This document shows positions 23,876 to 37,559 of a stretch of DNA of 64,000 nucleotides, piece after piece (positions within the stretch are counted from its first letter, which is position 1; each line of letters opens with the position of its first letter). Origin of the DNA: Vicugna vicugna (taxonomy: Eukaryota); NCBI GenBank assembly GCA_013265495.1, contig MU058423.1:695061-759060 (forward strand), in the 5' to 3' direction. Below the pieces are notes generated by a model, which was not told where the DNA came from, did not search any database, and saw only the letters and a list, made by a program, of their open reading frames with translations. The translations under genes and the position numbers were made by a program.

Positions 23876-25704
23876 AAAAACCCAGAAAAACTAAGGAACT
23901 CTCATATCAAAAGAATGAATCATCTTGTCCACGCCCTTGACTCTGGGGATGCCTGAGCTTACCCTAAGTGACCAGGTTGCTGTCTACTTTGTTCCTGGGA
24001 TCTCAAGGAGGGGTCAGGAAGGAGAGCCCTGGTGGCCCTGACTGTGTGCCATATAGCAGCCACTGGCGTAGCTGTGGCCATCTTCACTTTCATGCAGTTC
24101 TTTCTGATCTCTTAGCTAAGGTTTTTTGGCTGTGGGTTGAGGACAATTTCTCTTGCCTTATCCTCTAAGAAAAAGAGCCTGTTGAATGTGACTGGTCACC
24201 CTCCCACCTGGCAGGTTGGCCATCCATGGTGGGACATTATACAGGACATCACCTACTCTCCTGTGTCCCGAATCTGCAGATCCCAGCTGCACACGTGGTG
24301 GGCAGGTTACAGGGCCACTGGCAGTTTTGTCCCCAGTGGTCTGATTTGCTGATATGATGACGATTGCCCAGCACAATAGCCAGTGGGGCCATTCCTTGAG
24401 AAAACAGGGAAGACTGGGAAGAGGTAGGGACCCATCCCCTTTGTGGAGAAGTCACAAACACACGTGTCCCAAATGAACCCCAGAGGGTGGAGATCAAATT
24501 AATACAATCTATTATTAGAAGAAAGTCAGACATAGCAAAAAAGAGCAGCCAAGGAACCCAGTTGAAAACAAAGACTCCTCGTTCTGAGGTTCCATTAGAG
24601 CCCCCATTTTGTATAGCCACCATATGTCCATAAAGCAGCGGATTTTGGAAGCAGAGAACAGCTGACAGAGGTGTCAATAACCCAATTTGTGGCTTGTTAG
24701 AATGTTACACTTGTTTATCAGCATTTAACGAGACAAGACATTGATGTTAACACAGTGGGAGGGAAGTTGCCTAGACCAATACTATCCCTTGCTGCAAATT
24801 AATTTAAATCCTCATTCCTTTGTGCCAGAAATGGTAGAGGTAATTCATTTCCAAAGTGTTGAAATGCCACTGAAATTGAGCTAGGGTAATAGGAAAGAGT
24901 CATCAGCAGCTGAACAAAATCCCAGTTTAGCTTTCTTTTGGTAACCTCTTGTAAATGAGACAACGTGAAGTAATATGCTTTATGGCAAGGAAGAAAACAA
25001 CAGGGTCTATTTAATTTGGGGAATGGGGGAGGGTTTCAGGGCTGGGACGGGAACGTTTCAGGCACAGATTTTTGGAAAACCATGAGAGCTTCTGTGGCCA
25101 TGGCCAAGTTCATAGCCACTCTGCGCTGGTGGAAACTTGGCAGTTTGTGTTTTGGACCTTTTGGCTTGAAGAGTCCAGGGTCTTGGCAAGGACCAGCCCT
25201 TTTATCAAGACTCAGTGAAATCAGTGTTCAGATCATTTACAAGATCTCTTCTCCCTGCGCTCGTGTCTGGTTGAGGCTGGGCACAGCATTATTCACCTCT
25301 CTGGTTCACACATCCCATTTAGTAGTCACATGGGGCACATGACCTGAAGTTGTAGCGCTTTCCGCTTTCTGCTCCTTGTTGTGTGTTCCTTTGGCTGTTT
25401 TATTTCCCCAGGAGAAATATCAGACATGAGAACTACGACTCAGGAGGACATAACCGCTAACGAGATTGATGTGATCATTTAGTTCAGTGCAAACTTTGTC
25501 TTTCCAATCATTATGTGCCCACGTTCTACCCAGGGGAAGATGCCGAGGGAGTCAGGGGGCTAAGTTACTCTGGGTTGACTAGGTCTTCCCTCAGAGGGTC
25601 CTGTATCATCTCATCCATCCCCTGACTCCCAGGCAGAGTGGGGAGAGGGAGACATCTGCAAGAGTTCCAAGGGGCAGAGCACGATTCCAACATCTGGCTG
25701 GGTT

Positions 25705-26083
25705 TATGCAGGCTGGGTCATTAGCCCCTCTCTATTCATGCCCTTTGCTGTGTGACTTTGCAGTTCTTCCCATAAGGGAATGGAGTATGTTTCCCCACTC
25801 CTTAACTTTGTGTTTGGCCATGTGGCAGCATGACAGTTCTGAGTGTAGGTTTTCAGAGGCATTGCATGTTTCCACTTACCTTCAGATGCCTCTGCCATCT
25901 CCACTGGTCCAAGAAGGACGACGAGAGATACATGTTGCAGAGCTGAATCCCAACTGCCCAGCCAAGTCTGGCCAAGATTGGCTGACTGCAGGCGCCCCAC
26001 ACAGCTATGAGCTAAGTAAGTGCTTACTACTGTATGCTGCTGAGTTCTGGAGAGTCTGTTATATAGAAATAGCAAATGATAAT
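25705..26083 (+). mobile_element. MaLR solo LTR (MLT1H/I-like)
   Basis: ccctttgctgtgtgactttgcagttcttccc...tgctgctgagttctggagagtctgttatatagaaatagcaaatgataa. Confidence 0.7.
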
Positions 26084-28949
26084 GCCCCATTCAAACCAGA
26101 GGAGAGATTCTTATACACAAGTAGACTGATCCTTTGGAGGGAAAGACTGACCTCTACTTGAGGCATTATAAAATTAAGAGAGTCAGGGTATGTTTCCCAG
26201 GCTAATGGCCTTCTCAGAGTGGAGGGCCACTGCACCATCACCAAGGCCTCCCTCGGCCTCTGCCAACTGGATCACCAGTCAAAAGCCTCAGCTTCACATG
26301 GAGAAGCCCTGATGGAGTGTTCCCCATCCCCTTCTAGAGTCCTAGTACCATTTGTCTCATCCTCCCACCATCTCAGAAGAAAGAAACAACCTTCCATCTA
26401 TTAGGAACCCGATCCAAACAATGGCTTCGGAACCTCCCTTAGGCTCCTTATAACATTCATGATGGGGCAGGCTTCCAGATTAATACTTCCAGGACCCAAG
26501 GGTGAGAGGCCTGGGAGATTCTTCGTTTAGGGGCAGTCAGCTGCCCAGAGATCCTCCTTCTGTGCCATCCAGCCCACTGACAAAGCTGAGAGCTCAGGCC
26601 AGCCTCCCTAGTGGTCCTAGAGAGATGGCATATCTCTGCCAAAGACTTCACCATATGAGCACAGGTCCCGGCAGCTTGGTTGTGAGCTGGATTATTTATT
26701 TTTCCACTTATGAAAGCCCAGCGATCCTTACATTTCCACTAAGCACAGTTGGCATATAGCACAGAGCCTCATTTTTCCTGCTGTTTATATAAATGGTCTT
26801 ACCCTACCCAGGATCCCTGCTGCAAATGTATGATTAAAGGATTATAAAGGTGATGGAAATAGTAATCATGTCTGTTTTCAGACAGAGCCTTTCCCCAAGG
26901 GGCCCCAAATGGCTGTGTTCTTATTCATACCTACAAGGAAAGGGCACTTTGGTAGATGGGCCAATAGACCCCCAGGAAGGGTCAGATAGCAGGTTGCCTC
27001 GGGTTACTCAGCCCATCAGCTTCAGGCTTTGATTGGGGGGGGGGGGCGTTGTCTGTCAAAACAGAGTTCAGAGCCTGTGGACACAGCATCATCAGGTCAC
27101 TCGGACTGGGCCCGGAATTGGGACATGTCCACTGTGGGTGAGCAGATTAGGGACAGGCCTAGCAGTCGGCTATGGGGCCGAGCAGCCCAGCAAGCAGATC
27201 GTTATTTGGAAAAGATGTCATAGGAGCTAGACAGTCATCCTACCTGGCAGTCGGCATCAGCGAGGTCCAGCGGATGGTTTCCAGTTGGTGAACAGAGCAC
27301 AGCAGGGAGGACCTAGAAACAGGAGCGGTGTAATGGTTCAGGCTGGACCGCCTGGATCTCAGCCTTGGGCTGGGCTCTAGGACAGGGCTGGACTCCGGAG
27401 AGGATGGACCCAGAAGAGCAAGCCAGGATCCAGGCCCAGAAGACCTAGAGGTAGGGTAGGTTATCATGAGAGTGGAGCCCGGAGCTCAAACTAGGCAGAA
27501 CTCCCATCAAAGCTGAGTCAAAGGCCGAGCAGCCAGCTTGATTGGCACTGAATCACCAAAACTGCTCGTTAGACTCATTCTGTAGAAATAAAGGTCTGGT
27601 TCCAGCACCAGGGAAGGAGTGTGCTGCTGGGAGGGTGGTAAGGGAGGTGGGGCAGCTCCTCAAAAGCCCAATGAAGTTCAGGTTTCTGGGGGTCCCAGGG
27701 ACTTTAGATCAGTTCCAGCCAGAATTTTCCTTCTGTGTGGAATCACAGAGTAGAACCAGTCAGGTATCAGGACAGAAGGTTGACTGAGTCCTAGTCCAGC
27801 TGCACCACGGCCCCCCTGTGGGACTCGAGCTGAGGAGCCTACCTGGCCCAGCCTCAGCCCCCCGACCTCCAGCAGAGACAAGCACCTCCCTGACTCCCTC
27901 CCACACACATCACTGTTATGAAGAGCACATGAAATAGCCTAGCAAATCACCTTGGGAAAAAGTATAGTAGTAGGGTGTTGTCAGTATTATTATTAATCCG
28001 ACACGTGTAGCATCTTCTCTCAAAATCGAATTTCCCAAGACTGATTTGCCAGTTTGAGAGCTCTCCAGTCCTTTGCCCTAGTCCCCTACTCCTGGATCCT
28101 TTCTCATCCATCATTCCTCCACAGAGATTTCATTGATCTTAAAAAGAGAGCCGTAGCACTTGAGAACTAGGGGGTGGGGGTAGGGGAGCGGTTAGCTAGG
28201 CATCACCTGATTAACCGTTTTATTTTAGAGATGTGGCATTAATGCATGCATGGCAGATGTCACCTGCTCCAGAGCACGTGGCTAGTGGCCTGAGCTGGAA
28301 AACACAGTGCCTGGCACACAGCGGGAACTCAGTATATGGGAGCTTTTGTTATTATTCCAACGATATCATGCTTTCACTAAACAATCCATTTTGCTACTTA
28401 TCAATCACTTTGATAAAAAGGTTTGGGATGGGGAATAGTGAAGACTGAAGAAGGGGGATGTCATAATTAATATTACAGAGGACAGTTTTAGGTTATCTAA
28501 GGCCACCTTAAATGCCTCCTCTTCCAGGAAGCCAAAGCTGGTGAGGGGCTCTTCCCATCTTCTCATTGTATCTTCTTAATCTCTTGTCCTTCCTTATTCC
28601 ATATGGTTAAACCAAAAGTGCTCCTTTACTTGCCTCTCTCTCTTTCTAGACTGCTGGTTCCTTGAAGGTAGGAACTGTGGCTTTCTCAAAGTGGAATCTA
28701 CAGTGTTTAATGAATAATATGTGAAGCTGTGGATTTTAGTGTAGTTCAGGAATCTGTCTGATGCTTCTTAGATGTTCTTGATTTGTTTGAGCTCAAGGAC
28801 CCAGAGAGTCTTGGACCAAGAACCAAAAAAAAAAAAAAAACATTGTCCTCATCCCAGTTGATTTACATACAACCTGTATGACTTTAGTCAAGGCACATAT
28901 ATTCTTTAAGTTCCAGTTTTGTCATGTTTAAAAAAATAAAAGGGCTATC

Positions 28950-29480
28950 TATGAAGAGCAATTTGTCAATAACTAGTAAATTTACAAAGGGACAAATTCT
29001 TTGACCAAACAATTCCTCTTCTAGAAATTTATCTTCAAGTACACTCACAGACATCCTACAGACAAACTTCCCAACAGGTTATTCACTGCAACATTATTTG
29101 TAAAAGTTAAAAGATTAGACAGACTTAAATAGGCTTGTTAAATATACCAATTTATATAATAGAATACTATGCAGCCACAAAAAATGATATAAATCTATAT
29201 ATACTGATATCAAATAATAACCAAAAAATATTATTAAGTGAAAAAAATACAAGGTGCATAAAAGTGTGTAAAGCAAGCTTTCCATTTGTATAATGGAGGG
29301 AGGTTATATGTGTGAATTTGCTTGTCTCTGGAAAGCTTCTCAGAGAACTGGTGACCATTGGTTGCACCAAGGAGGGCTGTGAACAGAGGAGAAGGGCTTT
29401 CCACTGTATAGACTTTAGGACCTTTTGAATTTTGAACCGTGTGAAAATCAATAACACATTTTAAAAGAATATCAAAAGAA
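28950..29480 (+). mobile_element. Old L1 (L1ME-like) ORF2-end/3' UTR fragment
   Basis: tttgaccaaacaattcctcttctagaaatttatc...ttattcactgcaacattatttgtaa...atagaatactatgcagccac resembles degenerate L1M 3' sequence. Confidence 0.7.
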
Positions 29481-29970
29481 TACAAAAAAAGAATGAAAAT
29501 CCCAACCCATTCATGCAACTGTTGTGAGAAGTGTCCGGTGGGACTCTTGCTGCTCCCAGGCACGGTTGTCCCCTTGCTGCTGAATTTGAAATGGGAAGCT
29601 GTTTTCCAACCAAGATCCTGTCCTGATCACCCACAGTGGATCCACAGCACAGCCTTCTAGTACCATTCAGGTAAAATATTGCCAGTCTCCATTACCAGAA
29701 CTCCGGTGAGGAGTAGAAGGGGCAAGGCTCTCACAGGATAGTCCAGGACTGGAGTCTAGGAGCCCCGGGACACCCAGGTCTGGGGTCAGCTGGCCTGCAG
29801 TACACTCTTCCTGTCTTACAGAGACTAAGCCCAGGTGTGCTTTATAGGTTCAACACAAACACAGGGTAAGGCGGCTTGAAGCACAGGGAGGACCCAGGAA
29901 ATTTTGTCTCTGTGGCTCGAAGGATTTACTTTGTCTCCTTTATCCTCTGGCTGGTTCTCTTTCTAAAGCG

Positions 29971-31148
29971 TTTTTTTTTTTTCAATTGAAGTATTGTTGA
30001 TTTACAATATTGCCTTAGTTTCTGGTGTACAACAAAGGGATTCAGTTATACATGCACATTCTTTTTCATTATAGGTTATTACAAGTTATTGAATATAGTT
30101 CCATGTGCTGTACAGTAGGGCCTTTTGTTTATCTACTTTATATATGGTAGTTTGTATCTTAAAATCTCAAATTCCTAATTTATCCCTCCCCCTTTGGTAA
30201 CCAGAAGTTTGTTTTCTATGTCTGCGAGTCTGTTTCTGTCTTGTTATTAAGTTCATTTGTGTCATTTTTTTTAGATTCCACATATAAGTGGTATCATATG
30301 GTATCTGTCTTTCTCTGATTTACTTCACTTAATATGAATATCTCTAGATCCATTCATGTTGCTGCGAATGGCATTATTTCATTCTTTTTGTGGCCAAGTA
30401 GTATTCCCTTTATGTATGTACCACATCTTCTTTATCCAGTCATCTGTCGATGGACATTTAGGTTGCTTCCATGTCTTAGCTATTGTAAATAGTTCTGCTA
30501 TGAACATTAGGGTGTATGTATCTTTTTGAATTAGAATTTTCTCTGGATATGTGCCCAGAAGTGGGATTGCTGGACCATATGGTAAGTCTATTTTTAGTTT
30601 TTTAAGGAATCTCCATACTGTTTTCCATAATGGCTGCACCAAAGTACATTCCCACCAGCAGTGTAGGAGGGGTCCCTTTTCTCCACACCTTCTCCAGCTT
30701 TTACCGTTTGTGGACTTTTTAATCACGGCCATTCTGACTGGTGTGAGGCGATATTTCATTGTAGTTTTGATTTGCATTTCTCTGATCATTCGTTATTTTG
30801 AGCATCTTTTCATGTGCCTGTTGGCCATTTGTGTGTCTTCATTAGAGAAATGTCTGTTTAGATCTTCTGCCCGTTTTTTGATTGGGTTGTTTGGTTTTTG
30901 TTGTTGTTATTGAGTTGTATGAGCTGTTTGTATATTTTGGAAATTAAGCCCTTGTCAGTTGCATCATTTGCAAATGTTTTCTCTGATTCCATAGGTTGTC
31001 TTTTCGTTTTGTTTATGGTTTCCTTTGCAAAAGCTTATAAGCTTAATTAGGTCCCATTTATTTATTTTGGCTTTTATTTCTATTGCCTTGGTAGACTGAC
31101 CTAGGAAAACATTGCTACGATATATGTCAGAAAGTGTTTTGCCTGTGT
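29971..31148 (-). mobile_element. 5'-truncated LINE-1 (ORF2 C-terminus, 3' UTR and poly(A))
   Basis: Minus ORF 30379-30789 ([25 protein letters not shown]...[23 protein letters not shown]...WKQPKCPS) is the L1 ORF2p C-terminal region; poly(T) at 29971; TSD-like tctttctaa at 29958-29966 and 31149-31157. Confidence 0.97.
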
Positions 31149-31579
31149 TCTTTCTAAGGTTTTACTGCCCTTAGAGTTAGGAGGGAGATTCTACATTAGG
31201 GAAGATAACTGTGAGCTACAGACCAGAACCAGCTATATTTCTAGTAACTGACTGTCTGACTATGATCAGACATATGAAGGACAGTGAAGAGAACCAGTGA
31301 CTCTAAATGTCTTCCCCAAGGACGCCTGGAATCACACCATTAGCCGTTTACATGTTAATCGTTGTCATCAATGTGCAGATCCTCTCTTTAAACTTTTTTT
31401 TCCCCCTAGGAAGGATAATATCTTTGAAAGAATTAACCCAAAAGAACATTCTTTCATTGATTCAATGATTATTGAATGTTAATTCATGCCAGGCCCTCTA
31501 TCAAGTACCTGGACCTATAGGCAAATAAGATAATCGTTGATCTTAATAATAAATATCACAGCAATGATGCTGATGCTGA

Positions 31580-31750
31580 TAAAATTATCTGAGTGCTTAT
31601 TACATGGCAGGCACTTTTCTAAGCTCTTTGCATGTATTTGCATTGAATTCCTGTACCAAATTTGAGTAGGTAATGTTATCATCTCCATTCGTTAGATGGG
31701 GAAATGGAGACACAGATTTAAGTGACCTGTCCAAGATCCCACAGCAGGTG
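31580..31750 (-). mobile_element. MIR SINE
   Basis: tgagtgcttattacatggcaggcacttttctaagc...agatggggaaatggagacacaga...agtgacctgtccaagatcccacagc. Confidence 0.75.
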
Positions 31751-32271
31751 AGTGAAATGGTGTATAAACTTTTTTATCTAACAGATATTTTTCTAGGATA
31801 GACAATAGCCAGGAGCTGAGGCCCTAGATGCTGTCTCCCCAGAGATGATACAGATGAGACACCTGACAATCCTCAGGCTAACTCCTCCCTGGTGATGGTG
31901 CAAAGGGCTCGTGGCTGTACAAGATTTAAGGCGGTACAAGAGAAACTGATAAAAAGAGCAATCAATAGACACCAGCCAGGGTGCCTGGGGAGCTCAGTAA
32001 ACAGAAGAAGCCAGCAGAGGGAAAGGGCCCAGGCTGAATCATATCATCTAGGCTGCACTTCTGCGCAAGTTTTGCCTTAAACCAGCACAAGGCCTGAGGC
32101 TCAGGCATCCAAAGACCAAGGGAAACGAGAGATAGAAATCTATCGCTGGCAGCATTATGGAAGTTGAGCGAGGTAACGAGAAAGGACACGTGATCCAAGG
32201 GATGCAGCCACATGAGGAGTCAGCCAGCGTGGGAGGGAGACAGGAAAGGCCTGCAAAACCCTGGATGAGTC

Positions 32272-32361
32272 TTTTTTTTTTTTCCTCACTGGAGGTACTG
32301 AGGATTGAACCCAGAAGCTTGTGCGTGCTAAGCATGTGCTCTGTCACTGAGCTATACCCCC
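32272..32361 (-). mobile_element. tRNA-derived SINE (Vic-1-like, short form)
   Basis: Reverse complement reads gggggtatagctcagtgacagagcacatgcttagcacgcacaagcttctgggttcaatcctcagtacctcc...poly(A); imperfect flanking repeat tgcaaaa(c/t)cctg. Confidence 0.85.
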
Positions 32362-33766
32362 TTGCAAAATCCTGAACCACACTCCGAAGTTGAGCTCAGC
32401 CAACTCAGTGGAACTGGAAACAGGATGCCTTGGGTCTTGCTGAGTGTCCCCAGTCTCTTCCTAAGTGGCTCAGAGCTGGACTGATTTCCAGGCCGGAAAC
32501 TCAGTTCAGGACATTGAACTCAGGCTGATCTTGGGCACTTCTCCAGCCTTGCTCCCTCCTCTTGCAGACTCTGGATGTGCTACTGAAACGGGAGATAGTC
32601 CCTTCCTAAAGCGCTCCCTGGGACACGGAATTGAGCCCTGCATGGTAACTTCATTCACTTTCCGAGTTCCCTGCCAGCTCTTCCCCCCCGCCGAAGTGAA
32701 AGCTGCATGCTTACAGGGAAAGCCAGTCTCCCTCCCTCTGGACCTGATCTTCCAGGACCTGGGAGGCCGGAACCATGGAAGCAGGAAGAGGGCTGGGGAT
32801 TGAGGACTCAACTGTCACCAAGTCTCAGCATCAGGACCGGGCCCGGAGGACTCATCTGGGATCTGGGAGCGGAGGGGGAAGACGAGCTGTAGTCTATTCT
32901 TGAAGAAAATGAAGCCTGTTTTTTCCCTCCCTGATTAGCATTTTTATTGCATCCCTCCTATTCACTCTGCCCGCTCATAATTAAATACTGCCCATGGTGT
33001 CTCGTCTGTCTTGGTAATGTTCTCCTGGACACCGATGAATTGGATTTTCTTTATGGACTTGCTCCACTGATAGAAAATAAGACTTAAGTTCTATGCGTCC
33101 CCTGGTAGGGTGGGTCAGCCCTGGGGCTGCCTCGCATTGAGGTCAGGAGCTTCCTCATAGTGACTCTCTCGGAGTCTCAATCCGAGATCTTGGAGGGAAA
33201 ATTTTAAAAGCACCAGGCCTTCTTGGCCTCAGAGCAGCTGCCGTGGGGGATGCCTCTGGGTATAAGGCAGCTTCCTCTGTTCTGCTTAGGGAGGCCTGAG
33301 GCCCAGAGGCAGGCAATGACTCTGGAAGGTTAGAAAGAAGAGATGGGGAGAGAGATGAGGCTTTTGAGGAGGGAGACCAGACTTTGGCCAGGATTCTAAA
33401 CAGATCCCTGAAGGCTGGTTCTAGTCCCCGTACTCCTCTCTGCCTAACTCGTTCTGTTCATGTGACCCACAGTTTGGCCACGACTGTGGCCCCTCGGGCC
33501 ACCCTCCTCTGTGTCATCATACCCCGAGCCTTCCTTGGCCCGCTGTTCTTTTGCCAGCCCCCTCGCTTCCCTCCACCTCGTCCCCATCCCTGTGTCCTCA
33601 GAAGTCTCCATCCTACTTCCGAGGAGCTGCTCGGCATTCCCCACTTTCCCCTCCACTCTGCCCTTTAACCAAAGCTCTGTTTCTCCTCGTGTCCGACTTG
33701 TGCCGGGATGGAGAGTGGATGAATTTGCCTGTGAACCTTCTCAAATGCAGGTTTATCCATCTAGAC

Positions 33767-33961
33767 CAGCGATTCAGTGGTTCTCAAAGTGTTATCCCTA
33801 GACCAGCAGCATCAATTTGCATTTCAGATCCTGTTAGAAATGCAAGTTCTGGAGCTCCGCCCCGAACCCTAGTGAATTAGGAACACTGGGGGTGGGGCCC
33901 CGCAATTGGGTTTTTACAAGCCCTCGCCCTCCTGCTGCACACTCAAGTTTGAGAGCCACTG
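33767..33961. mobile_element. MER5A hAT-Charlie MITE
   Basis: TIRs cagtggttctcaaa / tttgagagccactg, internal tgttagaaatgcaa; 8-bp TSD atctagac (33759-33766) and ctctagac (33962-33969). Confidence 0.9.
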
Positions 33962-36279
33962 CTCTAGACCACTTTTCCACAACTTCCTCTCGGCAGTATC
34001 TTCTCTGAAGCCCACACTATCTGCGTATTGCCTTCTACCAGCCTGGACCAGCCTTCCGGAAGGAGACTGCTGCCCTGCCTCTGACCGCTTTCCCCAGAGC
34101 TGTGTTTGCCTCCTCTCACATCCCTGCGCCTCGCCTTCTCCCTTGGCAATGTCCTCTTCCCTCGCCACTTTACCTGTCATCTCTGGGCTGATGTTTTCGC
34201 ATGCACATTTCTAATGAGCACCACTCTCCCAAGTGCTAGAAATACCTTCCTTCCGCCTATCAGGCATGGACCTTGACTATAGCAAACTCCTTACCTACTC
34301 ATCCCAAACAGAGCTCCCCAAACTGAGGTCTTGGGTTCCTTGTTTCAGTCTATTCCCCATCCCCGATTCTACTCAAGGAGATTTTTCCAACTCTTCCATT
34401 CCCTTCAGCACTCGCCCCGCCTCCTGCACACACACTCCCACAACCAGCCAGTCACTGGGGCCCACAGACTCTGCTGCTCCCCCTTCTTGGCTGGGACTGT
34501 TTTCGCTGCTAGTTCAGCAGCCCAGTTCAGGCTCCCCTCTCCCAGCTCCCACTTCTACCCTCCCTTCTCACTGCTCTTGTTTTTGCTAAAACACGGCTCT
34601 CACCATCACAGTCCCTCGCGTCCACAGGATGCGACGCAACTGGGCTTTCCATCATCCGGCCCTTCCTGCCCGGCTCCCTGCTGATCTCCCCGCTCTGCCC
34701 GCTCTCCCACCGCTAGATGCTGCTCATTTTCACACCTCTGTGCATCTGCTCATGCTCTTGTCTTTGCCCAGAACGACTTTCTGTCTCAAGAGCTGCTTCT
34801 CACCCTTAAACATGCAACTCGATGCACCCCGTCTCGTGTGCACTCTTCCCAGACACCCCTTCCCTCTCCCCCCGGCTCTGAGCTCCAGAGGGCATTGCTC
34901 TTGTCCTTCTGATAAGTCACACCCTCTGCATCGCTCATTTGTCATCCTTCCCAGACTGATCATTTCCTCGAAAGTCTCCGTTGTGCCTCAGTCATCATCA
35001 TCTTTCCAGGCCAGAGCGCGATTCGCAGCACATAGTGGGAGCTCTGTTGATACTTGTTTAACTTGCTTGATCCAGCTCTTACTGAGAAGACTGAGACCTG
35101 CAAACACACCGTCACACATAATCCTCTATCCGCTTTTTTTGCTCCTCCCTCATCATCTCAGGAAAGTGGCAGTGGTCGGGAGCAGGATCTGTCATTCCCC
35201 CATGCTCCCCAGCCAGCTCTGAGACACTGGCTCCTGCCCTCCTCACTTCTCTTCTGTGTTAAAATTTCTCTGGCATGAGCGTGGTGGAGAAAATGAGCAG
35301 GATTTACCCCTCAGGTCCCACCCAGTGAGGGTCCCATTCTGCCTTCAGCTCAGTTTGATGAACTCCCTCCAGCAGAGGAAGGAGGAAAGGAGTATTTCCC
35401 ACAATCCTGACCCTGGCTGAACATGCTTCTGCAATCGCAGAGTAGAAATGTGCTATCAGGGGGCCTTTCTTGTGGCCCTGGATTCTGAGCTACGGAAGGA
35501 CGTCCAGACCTAGAGACAAGCAGTAGTGCCTAGAATGCAATCAGCGCCCAGCCAGTGTTTGTTGAATGACTAACAAAATGCTGAGGAACAGAAGAGGATC
35601 TCAGAGACCTTCCCCGTCATCCCCAGGGCTGCCCACTCCTGCCTTGCAGCCTATCTAATCCCACAGTCTCTATGAAGAAAAGAGTGAGGCAGCAAAGAGG
35701 AAGATGGAGAGAGACTTGAAAGGAATATTTTTCCATGATTCTCTCCTCTGTTTGCCTCTGAGGAGAACCTCTGGATCAGGAAAAACATACAGGCTTCCTG
35801 GGCCACCAAACCCTCCTCATTCTTGGCCTCAGCTCTGGGCTTATGCCCTTCCAGACTATGGACAGAAAGAGGTAGACAGACTAGCTTGGAGACAACTTTA
35901 AGTGAATTCAATTACCATAGCAACCAAAACCACCAGAATGGAGATTAGGCTCCAGACAGCAGTGATCCAGGCATCCAAGGCAGGCAGCAATCCAAAGGCC
36001 ATTGCTTGCGGGACCGGGGAGGGGGGAGGGGGACCCCAGCTCAATCTACCCAGCATCCCCATTCACCTGTACTTCCTGGGACACCTCAGAGCTCTAACCT
36101 GCAAAGGACCTGGCATTCATCTCTGCTGGGAGCTGCAGAGACCTGGCAGGGGTGGAGGGTTAGAGGAGTGAGCAGGTGCTGGCCTTCTGCTGGCCTCTCG
36201 TTTCCTACCGTGACCTTCCATGGATGGGCAGGGAACCAGGTGGCCTTCTGCACATCTCTACAGAGTAAGATGCAAGAGT

Positions 36280-36500
36280 AGGAGCTCTGGAGTCAGACTC
36301 TGGTTTTAAATTCCAGCCCAGCTAATGTTCTTGAGAAAATTGCTGAACTTTTCTGTGCCGTGGTTTTCTCATCTGATAAATGGGGATGACAGTATCTGCT
36401 CATAGAAGTGCTGTAAGAACTAAAAAATAAGAATGCTTATAAAGCCTTACTTAGCACAGTGTTTGGCGCATATTAAACGCCGGGCAAGAGTTTGCTGTCA
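36280..36500 (+). mobile_element. MIR SINE
   Basis: gctctggagtcagact...ttttctcatctgataaatggggatgacagta...cttagcacagtgtttggcgcata. Confidence 0.8.
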
Positions 36501-37503
36501 CTGTGTCACTGCTGTTGTTAACAGTTTCATGATGATGATGAGGGCTCCAGGCACCAGCCCTTTCTGGCCCTTGTCTATTTCCCTGCTATGAACACTTCGC
36601 TAGGGCAAGGCACCAGCCTGAGGCAGGCAGAGAAGGTTCCCAGGAAGCTGACAAGCTGGGACATAGTGGTCAGTCCCCTCTTGCTCCAGAAGCTGGTCAG
36701 AAACCCAGAGGGACTGTATGGGCCACCTGGCAAATGACTGTAGGCCTTGCTCTCTGGGGACTTTCTCTGGGCCCACCAGTGTGGTCAGCCAGCTGTGGTC
36801 AGCCTGGGGGAATCTTGGTAAGAACAAAACCCCAGATGGTCTCATTCACCTACTCCTTTTGTCTCAACAATGCTAAACGTGTCTATGATCTTCAGCCCAA
36901 AAGAACTGTTGCTTTCTCTGAAGGTGGGTCCCTGTTAAAACAGGGATAAAAATAAAGGCTGATTTCAGACAAATAATAGATTGGTTCACATTGGAACTGA
37001 GGGCAGAGGTAGGCACTGCCTTTACGCCCCTCACCTTGTGTGTTCCTGGGCTTTATTTCCCATGTGTCTGAGGGTAGAGATGACTCTCTTTGACGATGCA
37101 AAGAACTTGGGACCATGCTGGGGAAGGTGTGTCTGGTCCACCTCCAGGGAGGTGCCCATTCATTCCACAAGCATTTTTGAGCACTAGTGATAGTTAGCCC
37201 TTGTCCAGCTGCCGGAGAAGCCAAGACGAATAGGACTCAGCAGTTCATCTTGGTGGTGATGAAGGACCTCAGAGAAACACACCATGAGGTGCTGCTGGAC
37301 AGGAGAAGCATGGGGAGGATGCCCGGGGCAGTGTGGCTGAGCATCGGAGAGGACTGGCATCTGGACTGTGCTAGAAGGAGAATACATTTTGCCCAGTGGA
37401 GAAGGAGGAAGGACTTTGCAGGCAGAGAGAACAGCAGGTGCAAAGAGGGAGTGTGAAAGGGCCTGGTGTGTCTGGGGGAGGTGAGAAGTTTAGGGAAGAT
37501 AGA

Positions 37504-37516
37504 GCGCGCGCGCGCA

Positions 37517-37555
<39 letters not shown>
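37504..37555 (+). repeat. (GC)6 plus (GT)n compound alternating purine-pyrimidine microsatellite
   Basis: gcgcgcgcgcgcatgtgtgcgtgtgt...gt, 52 bp of uninterrupted RY alternation. Confidence 0.97.

Positions 37556-37559
<4 letters not shown>

Noticed and set aside
26980..27600. Possible ancient LTR remnants here and at ~2090-2450, ~9660-10030 and ~14780-15470
   Set aside because: Composition is suggestive, but I could not identify termini or family by eye; RepeatMasker would be needed.
30379..30913. ORFs of 136 aa (-) and 120 aa (+)
   Set aside because: A fragment of L1 ORF2 and its antisense frame in a 5'-truncated, non-autonomous copy.
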